From Desulfatiglandales bacterium (GTDB taxonomy: Bacteria > Desulfobacterota > DSM-4660 > Desulfatiglandales > Desulfatiglandaceae): DNA of 64,000 bases. Below the pieces are notes generated by a model. The model ran no database searches. It was not told the origin of the DNA and was given only the letters and a program-made list of their open reading frames with translations. Of the stretch, positions 55,423 through 64,000 are shown one piece after another. Position 1 is the first letter of the stretch; every line of letters starts with the position of its first letter. The stretch lies in contig OY759599.1 of NCBI GenBank assembly GCA_963662465.1, positions 1,696,001 through 1,760,000 of the forward strand, given 5' to 3'. The translations under genes were made by a program, and so were the position numbers.

Positions 55423-55691
55423 GTAGGTCAGGGTGCGGCGCGTTCCGTTTTTTCCTCTGACGCTGTTAAATCCCAAATGGGTTGAAATCCATCAAACGAC
55501 CGAAAAAACCCCAACGCGCCGTTCCCTGACATTCTCACCACCCCAACGTTGCCAATGGGATTATCGGTTTATGCCGAATTAATGTCAGGTAATCCCGCGT
55601 GTGGACATGTTGAATTTTGTACGTTCATGGGGGCTGGCATGAAAATCGAAATTTCGAGGTAAAAATGTGAACGCGGGACAACCTGACCTAC
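55423..55691. repeat. REP/REPIN-like double hairpin
   Basis: Outer GTAGGTCAGG...CCTGACCTAC; inner pairs GTCAGGGTGCGGCGCGTT/AACGCGCCGTTCCCTGAC and GTCAGGTAATCCCGCGT/ACGCGGGACAACCTGAC. Confidence 0.7.
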
Positions 55692-55988
55692 GGACTATAC
55701 AACTTTTCCCCTCCGGGAATGTTTTCACGCCAATCCGCGATGAGCCGAAAAAAGAAAAGCGTACGAAGAAAAGCTCGATGCACAGTTGGCTGAAAATTTC
55801 AAATAAGCAAGGACGCCGGCGCCGTTGGACCGGTTCTCTTCAAAAGTTCCCACAACATATAAACGGCGGCTTCTTTATTCAATCGGGGGTGCCCCTTCTG
55901 AACTCAAATCGACGTTTATAGTCTTCCATCAATAATTCCAACCTATCATGATTTTTGATCGTTCATGGCCAGAGTGCTGTAGTTCGAC

Positions 55989-57909
55989 CACGGTAAATTT
56001 GTTCTAACAGGTATCACGCTTGGGGCACTGAATTTTTGGTCATCTTGAGATAGTCGAAGACACCCCTTACGTTCTGCGTGAGCTGGCGCATTTTCTGGGC
56101 TACACTGCGAACGCCTTTCGCCTTAATGACGCCCACCGCGAATCTACGCAGCCTGGTCATGTTTTCAGGACCATTGCCGGTTCTTATTCGGCTTCGATCT
56201 TCGTCGTAGTTCCAGTCGATGATGTAATGGCACTCGTTTTCAATGCTCCAGTGACCGCGATTGATAGAAAGTACACGTTCGGGATTCGCCTGATCAGGTG
56301 ATTGACTCGTTATGCCGTAAGCAACCTCAACTGTGCATTTACCGGTTTTCTTGTTTGTAACTTCTCTCTGGATCATAAAAGCCTGGCCGACATACGGGAA
56401 ATCCAGGTATAGGTTAAGTTCGGTAGTCGTCCATATTTTGCGCACTTCGATGCGACCATGATCGGGAGCATCGTGTTGTATGAAATCAGGATCGTTGCAG
56501 CCCTCAAAATACAGGGAAATGTCTTGAAGTAATGTGGGCTGGTTGTTTTTGGCGATGAAATGGTAATGGGCGTTGCGTTGCTCGACCAAATATTTAGCAA
56601 AAGTCCTTTGGGTTAGCAGTGCGTCAGCTGAAATGACTTTGCCTTCGATATCGATCGCGTCCAGTAAAGGGGCAGCCGTTTTGATTTCATTGGTTCGCTT
56701 GAGTTCGTCTTTGCCTTCTACAGGGAGAGAACCGACTTTTTTTGGGTGTAACAGGTCTTAGTTTGATGGCCGACAGCACTCATGATGTGAGTCTGATAAC
56801 CTTGTTCATCGATGGCATTACACATGGTTTTTCCATCGATGGCCAAGCTTTCGTCCTGTTCACCGTAAAGCAGATTCCAACGCTGGAGAGCTTTGTCGAG
56901 TTCTGTGGGGTCAACGCGAACCAGAACATCACGGATAGTAGACTGACTGGGAGCTACATAGCGCTTATTTTCATATCGGCAACGGAAACGCTCAAGGGCT
57001 TTTTGTCCAAGACCATTTACCCAATCGGATATCGCCAGATAACCGCGCATTCCGCACAGTGTTGCGGCGGTGGCAATGGCCAGAACAGTGGAGAGCCTGT
57101 GACGTCGTCCCTGGGATCGACGCGGGTCGGGAATTTGAGCAAAAAAGTCGGGTAGAGATTTCATATGTTCCGCACTGAGCATGATTTTGTAACCTCCTGT
57201 AAGATATGGTTTTTTGAGAACAGGTCGGGATAACAGTGCTTGAACATTGGAAACCAATGGTTTAAGAAAAACCATTTTCGGTGAATCCGCTTTATCGCTG
57301 TAGCCTTGGCGAGTTCGATGAAAACCCTTTGTTTTACCAACATATATCCAATTGGACGCTCGATATACGGTTCCGTGGAATTGCTTTGGGTCCACAAAGG
57401 TTTCCAGGAGTACAACCGGATGCCCGAAACGCTCCTGCCAATCAGCCTGCATTCGCTTCCGACATAATGAAAGGATACGGGATGCGAGATTCGGAATATG
57501 CCATTCGGGCAAAATTAGAAAACGACTGTTATTGGTTACCAGTTTCAGTCGATCGTATTGATGGCGAAAATTCCATCCGATCCAGCTGTCCCTTGGTGTA
57601 CATTTCAAAGCGGGAGCAGAAAAACTGACAAGCGCAATCCACTCACTATTTAGTCTAGCTGTATACCAGAGGGTTTCGCTGATCTTGGGAAGAGCGCCCA
57701 AATAATGATGCGACTGCATCAGATGCTGAAAGCGTTGTTCTTCAAGCGGGCGGACTATTTGAATGCGGACTTGCTTAACGTTCAAGAATTTAAACCCCGA
57801 ATTGGTTTGGTGCCTGTCACAGTATATACACCATCCGAGGGTTTCTGTCCATAATGTAGCGCAACTTTTATATTTTATTTGGATAATTCGGAAGAATAAA
57901 TTCACCCTG
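55989..57909 (-). mobile_element. ISAs1-family IS, 1921 bp, copy 2, 10-bp TSD
   Basis: GTAGTTCGAC at 55979-55988 and 57910-57919; same TIRs as copy 1. Confidence 0.95.
56014..57785 (-). CDS. DUF4338-like/ISAs1 transposase with -1 frameshift
   Basis: Same protein sequence and slippery site as 10550-12321. Confidence 0.85.
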
Positions 57910-58082
57910 GTAGTTCGACTGAAAGTCTTGACCATTCCCCCCGAATATGGCAATCTGATCCAATTCAGGAAAACATAACCCTCATTTAAAATTCATTCGG
58001 TGCTTATTGAAATTTAAGTTGATTTAAATTCCAATCGCGAAATGGGATTTTGTCTGGTGGGTGGTAGGCATTGGGGATTGGG

Positions 58083-59825
58083 ATGGATGTGAAGGAATTA
58101 AAGTTGAAAGAAAATCAGAGAGAGTCCGAACTCAGGCGAAGCGCTGAGGAAAAACTGAAAGAAGTGACCTCAGGCATGGGAGATCTCTCCGAAGTCCCGC
58201 CCGAAAGCATGGCGAACCTCATACACGAGCTTCAGGTTCACCAGATTGAGTTGAAAATACAAAACGAAGAGCTCCGTCGCATTCAGGGGGAATTGGAAAA
58301 GGGGCGGGATCAATATTCTCATTTGTATGATTTCTCACCGGTCGGCTATGTTACGTTGACTGAAAAGGGAATCATCCATGAGGCCAATCTCACCCTTGCT
58401 TCCATGTTTGGTGTAGAGCGGAGCGTCTTGGTTGGAAAGCCGTTCGCCCTTTTCGTTTTTAGAGACGACCAGGATGCTTTCTATAAATTTCGGCATCGTC
58501 TACTGGAAACGGAGAAATCCCAGTCCTGCGAACTGCGTTTTTTGAAAAAGGACGAACATGCGTTTTTTGCCGGTTTAGACTGTATGGTTGTAAAAAACAC
58601 GGACGACGATTTCAGGTTTATCAGAGGGGCAGTGAGCGATATCAACGAACGGCACCTTATCGCCGAAGCTTTGCAGGAAGCCCACAACGGACTGGAACAG
58701 CGAGTGGAAGAACGGACAGCCGAACTCCGGACGGCGAATGCGGAATTGGCGCGGGAAGTCGAAGAACATCGACAGTCAGCGGAATCCCTCTGCAAAGCCC
58801 TTTCTGAAATCAAGAAAATGAAAGACCACCTTGAAGCCGAAAACATTTACTTTCGACGAGAAATGAAAATAAAACATCGATTCAATGAGATTCTCGGGCA
58901 AAGCGATAGCCTCAGGCATGTTCTTTTTCGGGCGGAGCAGGTTGCTCCTCAGAACACGACGGTTCTTATCCTCGGCGAGACCGGTACGGGAAAGGAGTTG
59001 ATCGCCGCCGCCATCCACAACATGAGTCCACGCAAGGATCGGGCGCTCATCACGGTCAACTGTGCCGCCCTGCCGGCCAATTTAATAGAAAGTGAATTGT
59101 TCGGCCGGGAGAAGGGGGCCTTTACCGGGGCCGATACCCGGCAGATAGGCCGGTTCGAGGTTGCCCAGGAGTCCACCCTTTGCCTGGACGAGATCGGAGA
59201 ACTGCCGCTGGAGTTGCAGGCCAAACTGCTGCGGGTGATCCAGCATAACGAGTTTGAGCGCCTGGGCTCCTCCCGTACCATCAAAGTCGATGTGAGGGTC
59301 ATCGCAACAACCAATCGAAACCTTGAGGAAGAGATTCAAAAGGGCCGATTCCGGCAGGACCTTTACTATCGGCTCAATGTTTTCCCGATCACGGTACCGC
59401 CATTACGGCAACGGAAAGAAGACATCCCTTTATTGGTCCATGCCTTCATAGAGCGCTATGCCAGAAAAATGGGGAAAAAGATCACATCGATGCAAAAGGG
59501 GACGATGAAGGTTCTGCAGGATTACCCGTGGCCCGGGAACATCCGGGAGCTGGAAAGTATCATTGAACGAGCCGTGATTTTGTGCCCCGGGCCGGTTTTG
59601 CATTTGGCGGACAAACTGACGATTTCATCCCTTCCCCTGTCATCCGGCATGAAAACGCTGGAAGAGACCGAGCGAAACCAAATCCTCAACACCCTCTTGG
59701 AAACCCGGTATCGCATTGAGGGAAAGAACGGGGCCGCGGAGGTCCTGGGCCTCCACCCGAGTACCTTGAGAGCACGGATGCATAAGCTCGGAATACTCCG
59801 GCCGGGGACCAAGGTCTCGGATTAA
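58083..59825 (+). CDS. PAS + sigma54-interacting AAA+ activator with Fis-type HTH (intact)
   Basis: [48 protein letters not shown]. Confidence 0.95.
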   Translation: MDVKELKLKENQRESELRRSAEEKLKEVTSGMGDLSEVPPESMANLIHELQVHQIELKIQNEELRRIQGELEKGRDQYSHLYDFSPVGYVTLTEKGIIHEANLTLASMFGVERSVLVGKPFALFVFRDDQDAFYKFRHRLLETEKSQSCELRFLKKDEHAFFAGLDCMVVKNTDDDFRFIRGAVSDINERHLIAEALQEAHNGLEQRVEERTAELRTANAELAREVEEHRQSAESLCKALSEIKKMKDHLEAENIYFRREMKIKHRFNEILGQSDSLRHVLFRAEQVAPQNTTVLILGETGTGKELIAAAIHNMSPRKDRALITVNCAALPANLIESELFGREKGAFTGADTRQIGRFEVAQESTLCLDEIGELPLELQAKLLRVIQHNEFERLGSSRTIKVDVRVIATTNRNLEEEIQKGRFRQDLYYRLNVFPITVPPLRQRKEDIPLLVHAFIERYARKMGKKITSMQKGTMKVLQDYPWPGNIRELESIIERAVILCPGPVLHLADKLTISSLPLSSGMKTLEETERNQILNTLLETRYRIEGKNGAAEVLGLHPSTLRARMHKLGILRPGTKVSD

Positions 59826-59849
59826 ACGTTCCCGCTATCCTCAAAAACT

Positions 59850-59999
59850 CCCTCAGTATATTGCGGTTCCACCAAATATTGAGGGCTAAGCAATCATTTC
59901 AAACTCCTCTACGCTCCTATCCTATTAATATAAATAATTGTTATTAATGGATTATTGCAGCGTTTTGCCTTTTCTCCAGTTGTTGGCAGGCCCTTTGCA
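59850..59999 (+). promoter_or_regulatory. Palindrome + IHF-like box + sigma54 promoter directly behind the intact activator
   Basis: Palindrome 59850-59885; TTGGCAGGCCCTTTGCA with GG at 59985 (100 bp). Confidence 0.85.
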
Positions 60000-60124
60000 G
60001 ATACAATTTGCATGATCCTGGTCGACATATGAATGAAACGGTTGTTTATTCCTCTATCCTTGCTGGGACCATCGTGGCGATTCCGGCTTTGCCGAAGCTG
60101 GGAAAAAAATCTCTTCATGAAAGG

Positions 60125-60275
60125 CGTATGGACAAAGAGATCCACAAATTAAAGGAAAGACCTGAGTTCTTCCAGTGGAAATGCCTGGGAGCAATTAAAA
60201 ACAGGTATCGATGCGGCTCTGGAGGATTTGGGTAACGCCAACAAAAAGGCAGCGGCCGAGTTCAGTAAATCCTGA
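60125..60275 (+). pseudogene. Coiled-coil family gene remnant
   Basis: SSGNAWEQLKTGIDAALEDLGNA..AAAEFSKS* resembles the C-terminus of the coiled-coil family. Confidence 0.5.
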
Positions 60276-60406
60276 GAACAGTGATTTTACCTTATTCGGT
60301 CAGGTCAAAGAGGTATTGGGGAAGTAGTGAAAGCTGGGTATCATGTACCAGCGGATGAATCCGAAGCCGCACAGATGTTCAAAAAAAAGAAAGGGAGGGA
60401 ATTACC

Positions 60407-60496
60407 ATGAGTACTACAACACTTATTCTTGTCATTGTCGTTTTGTTACTATTATTCGGCGGGGGTGGCGGTTACTATTGGCGTAGACGGCGGTAG
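60407..60496 (+). CDS. 29-aa membrane peptide MSTTTLILVIVVLLLLFGGGGGYYWRRRR
   Basis: GGGAGG RBS; hydrophobic helix, Gly run, aromatic and Arg tail. Confidence 0.7.
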   Translation: MSTTTLILVIVVLLLLFGGGGGYYWRRRR

Positions 60497-60606
60497 GTAT
60501 GTCGGGTGCCGCTGATTGGAGATTGATATCTGATCTGGATGTCTTTTTTGTTCGAGTGGGAAAACCTCCTTTCGAGTGGCATCCTCTGCATAATTCTTAC
60601 AAAAGG

Positions 60607-60735
60607 ATATGGAGGTTCCACCAAATATTGAGGGAAGACCAGACATTCCATACCCTGCCGCTACACGCTCCTGTTAACCTAACGAACTGTTATTAATTCA
60701 GTAATCCAAAATTCTGTGGGGGATTGCGCTTGTTG
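60607..60735 (+). promoter_or_regulatory. Degenerate module (left arm lost; broken at the -24 box)
   Basis: ATATGGAGGTTCCACCAAATATTGAGGG; spacer similar to 25077-25172; TTGTTG then diverges. Confidence 0.7.
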
Positions 60736-60765
60736 AGCTGTTTAAAAAAATCAAAGGCGGTTGTC

Positions 60766-61302
60766 ATGAAAAGATATCTATTTTCCAGAATGGTTGTAAC
60801 AGGGGTTGTAGTCGTGTTGATAAGCTTTGGCGTCAACGCATTTGCAGAAACGGGCGGAGGCTCCGGAAAAATTGTCGTCATTCGGGATTCCGATGGCGAC
60901 GGGGTGTCTGACAACCTGGACAAACGTCCGGGAACCCCGAATGGTGCAAACGTAAACCAGTTTGGTTACTGGGTCCTCGAAAATGTGCTTTTTGATTTTA
61001 AGAAATATGACATCAAACCACAATTCTACGGATACTTAGACCAAGTCGCAGTAGTTTTTGAGAAGAATCCTTCCATCAAAGTGCAAATCCAAGGAAATAC
61101 GGATAACATCGGGACTGCGGCCAACAACATAAAAATCTCTTTAAAAAGAGCGGAAGCTGTTATGAACTATCTCATCAAAAAGGGCGTTGCCAAAAACAGG
61201 CTTTCGGCCAAGGGGTATGGTTTCACAAGACCGATAGCCACCAACGCAACAGCAGAAGGCAGGGCGCTCAACCGGAGGGTCGAACTGAGACCCATTCCCT
61301 GA
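60766..61302 (+). CDS. OmpA-family protein
   Basis: DSDGDGV.D.LD..PGTP; VLFDF, IQGNTDNIG, LSLKRA-like, GRALNRRVE. Confidence 0.9.
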   Translation: MKRYLFSRMVVTGVVVVLISFGVNAFAETGGGSGKIVVIRDSDGDGVSDNLDKRPGTPNGANVNQFGYWVLENVLFDFKKYDIKPQFYGYLDQVAVVFEKNPSIKVQIQGNTDNIGTAANNIKISLKRAEAVMNYLIKKGVAKNRLSAKGYGFTRPIATNATAEGRALNRRVELRPIP

Positions 61303-61360
61303 AGATTCATCAAACTCCGTGCAGGTACGGAGGATACCATGCCGCCCTATGCAGGCAAAA

Positions 61361-61497
61361 TTTGAGCGCCTGGGCTCCTCCCGAGTACCTTGAGAGCAAG
61401 GATGCATAAGCTCGGGATCGTCCGGCCGGAGGCCAAGGCGCCGGATTAACCTGTCCCGCTATCCTCAAAAACGCCCTCAACATATGGAAGGGTTTCA
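61361..61497 (+). pseudogene. Activator scraps plus left half of the palindrome
   Basis: TTTGAGCGCCTGGGCTCCTCCCG joined to AGTACCTTGAGAGCAAGGATGCATAAGCT..GATTAA..CCCTCAACATATGGAAG. Confidence 0.7.
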
Positions 61498-61599
61498 CAA
61501 AGAAAAGGGAAAGAGACGTAAACGCGTACGACGTGAGGTATTCAGTGTAAATCGTCAAGAAGACAAAAACAAAACATTACAAAAAAAGGAGAACGTACC

Positions 61600-62466
61600 A
61601 TGAAAGCAATACATTCTGCAGTTCTGATGGCAGCCGCATTCGCTCTGCTGGTGATCAGCGTGCCCGTTTATGGGTCCAAAACGGATAACGGCATCGAATC
61701 ATCGGCCAGGAAGACTTATGTTTTCAGGACCTACCTCAAGGACGATGACATTAAGATCCAGTCCAAAGACGGCGCCGTCACCTTGACGGGGACTGTCGCC
61801 GAAGAACCTAATATAATGTTGGCCCAGGCGACCGTGGAGGGCTTACCAGGGGTCAAGAGTGTGGACAATCAGCTGAAACTGAAGGATGAACCAGGCGCCG
61901 GAAGCCCGGACGCGCTGGTCAGTGCAAGAGTGAAGCTTGATCTGTTGTCCCATCGCAACCTGCGTGGCAGTAAGACGGACGTTCAAGTGAAAGATGGGAT
62001 CGTCACCTTGAGCGGCGAAGCCGAGAACCAGGCCCAAATCGATCTGACGACCGAATACATCAGGGACGTCGAGGGCGTCAAGGATGTGAAGAACGATATG
62101 ACCCTGTCGGTGGCCGAAAAAACGATGGGCGAAAAGGCCGGGGACGTGGGCAAGAAGATCGGCGATACGGCCAGTAGCGTGAGCAAGAAGATTGGTGATA
62201 CGGCCGGGGACGTGGGTAAAAAGATCGGCAACACGGCCGGTGATGTGGGGGAATGGATCGATGACGCATCCATTACCGCTTTGGTCAAAGGGACGTTGCT
62301 GTATCATCGTTCGACCAGTGGCCTCAACACCAAGGTCGAGACGACCAAAGGCGTGGTCAAGTTGACTGGCTCGGCCAAGAACCCATCCGAGAAGGAATTG
62401 GCTACCAAATTCGTGGAAGACGTTTATGGCGTGAAGAGTGTCAATAACCAGATGACCATCAAGTAA
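61600..62466 (+). CDS. Triple BON-domain (OsmY-like) protein, paralogue with expanded linker
   Basis: Near-identical to 25938-26738 with two extra 11-aa repeats. Confidence 0.92.
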   Translation: MKAIHSAVLMAAAFALLVISVPVYGSKTDNGIESSARKTYVFRTYLKDDDIKIQSKDGAVTLTGTVAEEPNIMLAQATVEGLPGVKSVDNQLKLKDEPGAGSPDALVSARVKLDLLSHRNLRGSKTDVQVKDGIVTLSGEAENQAQIDLTTEYIRDVEGVKDVKNDMTLSVAEKTMGEKAGDVGKKIGDTASSVSKKIGDTAGDVGKKIGNTAGDVGEWIDDASITALVKGTLLYHRSTSGLNTKVETTKGVVKLTGSAKNPSEKELATKFVEDVYGVKSVNNQMTIK

Positions 62467-62791
62467 TACGAGTCGTTTATCAAAGAAATCCCGGCTATGT
62501 TGCCCTTGGGCGCTGAAAAACGAACGTGGGTAACAGGCCGGCGAAACTCAAAAAGATCATGAAATATTGTAGCGCATCGCTGTGGTACTGTTCATATTAT
62601 GGTTTCCGGGGAAGACGTCAAAGCAGGTTTGGAAAAAGCCTGGGCTGAAGTCAAGACCGCCTATCAGGATGTGGCCTCAAAGTTCAAATAAAGCAGGGAT
62701 TCTGTATGTATGGGCTTTTCGGTAGGCTGTTTTCTGTTCAAGCGAAGGGGTATGCGTTGGCCACATCAGTGTTCACAAAAGGAGGAATATC

Positions 62792-62971
62792 ATGAAATCA
62801 AGCACAAAGGACGAGGCAGAAGGCAAGTTGCACCAAGTGAAGGGTAAGATCAAGGAGATCGCCGGGAAAGTCATCCTGAATCCTGACTTGGAGGCCGAAG
62901 GCAAAAAGGAAAATAAAACCGGCAAAGTTCAAGAAAAAATCGGTGAGATCAAGAAGGTCGGTGGTAAGTAA
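62792..62971 (+). CDS. csbD: CsbD-family protein (copy 2)
   Basis: Near-identical to 25468-25647. Confidence 0.88.
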   Translation: MKSSTKDEAEGKLHQVKGKIKEIAGKVILNPDLEAEGKKENKTGKVQEKIGEIKKVGGK

Positions 62972-63021
62972 ACAAAGGCTTCCATAAAAAGGCTTTTGCA
63001 GGCGTTAGAGAGGAGACTGAA

Positions 63022-63171
63022 ATGCTTTGGACCATATTTGTAATTCTTTTGATTCTGTGGGTGCTGGGTTTGTTGACAAGCTACACGATGGGTGGCGCCA
63101 TCCATATCCTGCTGGTCATTGCCATCATCGTGGTGCTGATCCAGGTGATTCAAGGACGAAGACGAGGGTAA
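63022..63171 (+). CDS. lmo0937-family membrane protein (copy 2)
   Basis: Near-identical to 25698-25847. Confidence 0.85.
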   Translation: MLWTIFVILLILWVLGLLTSYTMGGAIHILLVIAIIVVLIQVIQGRRRG

Positions 63172-63249
63172 CCATCTAAAGCGGCAAAGCCGCAGTTTTA
63201 AGGGGCGACCTGCAGCCCCAGTTTTCTAAGTGACAGTGATAGTCTGTCT

Positions 63250-64000
63250 ATGCTGTACCGCAAAATGGCATAAGGTCAACATTAGGATTATCTCTCCGGA
63301 GGCAAAGTTTCCGTCGTGCCCATCGAACGGGAACGCCGGAGGTAAGTGACTCACTACGCCGTAAGGCGGGTGGGAGAAGGGCTTGAGACCGATGCTCAGA
63401 TCCGATTTCAGATGCCTAAGCGACGGCCGGCATTTGATTAGACCGAGGTGGCGTGGCCGTGGGACGAGGGTACCTTAAAGCCTGTAGTCCGGCCCGTTGG
63501 GGGAAAAGACGGGATCAAAGTCGAGGCATATTGCGGATAGCCTTGCTGGAAACGGTTATAAGTGATTAGGTTTGGAGAGGAGCAGAATAGAGAACTGGGG
63601 TGACCGGGTGAGATCTTGTGGAAGTCTCGCAGAATGCGAGTAGGGAACTGGGAACCTGATGCGACCATGAGAAGTCAGCGCCGTCATATTAGGCACATGG
63701 GGTCAACCTGTGCCGAAGGACGACACCGTGAAAGGTAGGTAAAGGGATATTGCGCGGGCAGGGGTACGTTCCAAGCGAAAACGGCCCGGAACTGGCAGAC
63801 AGTACCGCCGTGGTATACAGACCTATCTGGTGTAGGATGGTATCAATTGGCTAAGATTTTACACAGTGTCATAGACAAAGTTTACAACTGGGTCAACCTG
63901 GAAAAGGCATCGGCCAAGGTAATTGCCAACCGAGGCAGTGCCGGTGTTGACGGCATGGATGTGAAGGCATGGAGAGGCAAACTTAAGGAACACCTGAGCA
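63250..64000 (+). mobile_element. 5' part of a group II intron (5' boundary uncertain)
   Basis: ~600-bp G-rich leader with no convincing plus-strand ORF, containing DIII-like GAGAAGTCAG..GAAGG, upstream of an RT start. Confidence 0.7.
63847..64000 (+). CDS. ltrA: Group II intron reverse transcriptase/maturase N-terminus (runs off the window)
   Basis: TTG start; IDKVYNWVNLEKASAKVIANRGSAGVDGM (RT0 motif). Confidence 0.85.
   Translation, partial: MAKILHSVIDKVYNWVNLEKASAKVIANRGSAGVDGMDVKAWRGKLKEHLS

Overview
A heavily rearranged accessory region. Gene content (sigma54 activators, PAS/GAF signalling proteins, N-ATPase remnant, IS types) suggests a Desulfobacterota/deltaproteobacterial genome; this is inference only. 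From about 5.6 to 22 kb there is a nested cluster of intact and broken mobile elements: IS21, IS1634, IS91, ISAs1 with a DUF4338-like fusion, IS4, IS200, an unclassified transposase in three partial copies, and a group II intron 3' end. From about 23 to 64 kb is a mosaic of general-stress-type genes (BON/OsmY, CsbD, lmo0937-like, DUF3096, coiled-coil proteins, DUF2254, OmpA, DUF748), gpmA, a class I aldolase, a c-di-GMP signalling operon, a deleted N-ATPase operon, an AAA+DUF4276 pair, an AAA-PD-(D/E)XK gene, two solitary attC-like sites and the start of a group II intron. The most striking unannotated signal is a dispersed ~150-bp regulatory module: a 36-bp palindrome (CCCTCAATAT-N16-ATATTGAGGG), an IHF-like AT-rich box, and a sigma54 -24/-12 promoter whose GG lies 97-100 bp from the palindrome. 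It occurs as 8 complete promoters plus 3 broken copies. It lies directly behind both PAS-AAA+ sigma54 activator paralogues and often carries scraps of the activator gene. This points to a sigma54-driven general-stress regulon built by repeated copying of one promoter cassette. All family assignments come from motif recognition, not database searches.
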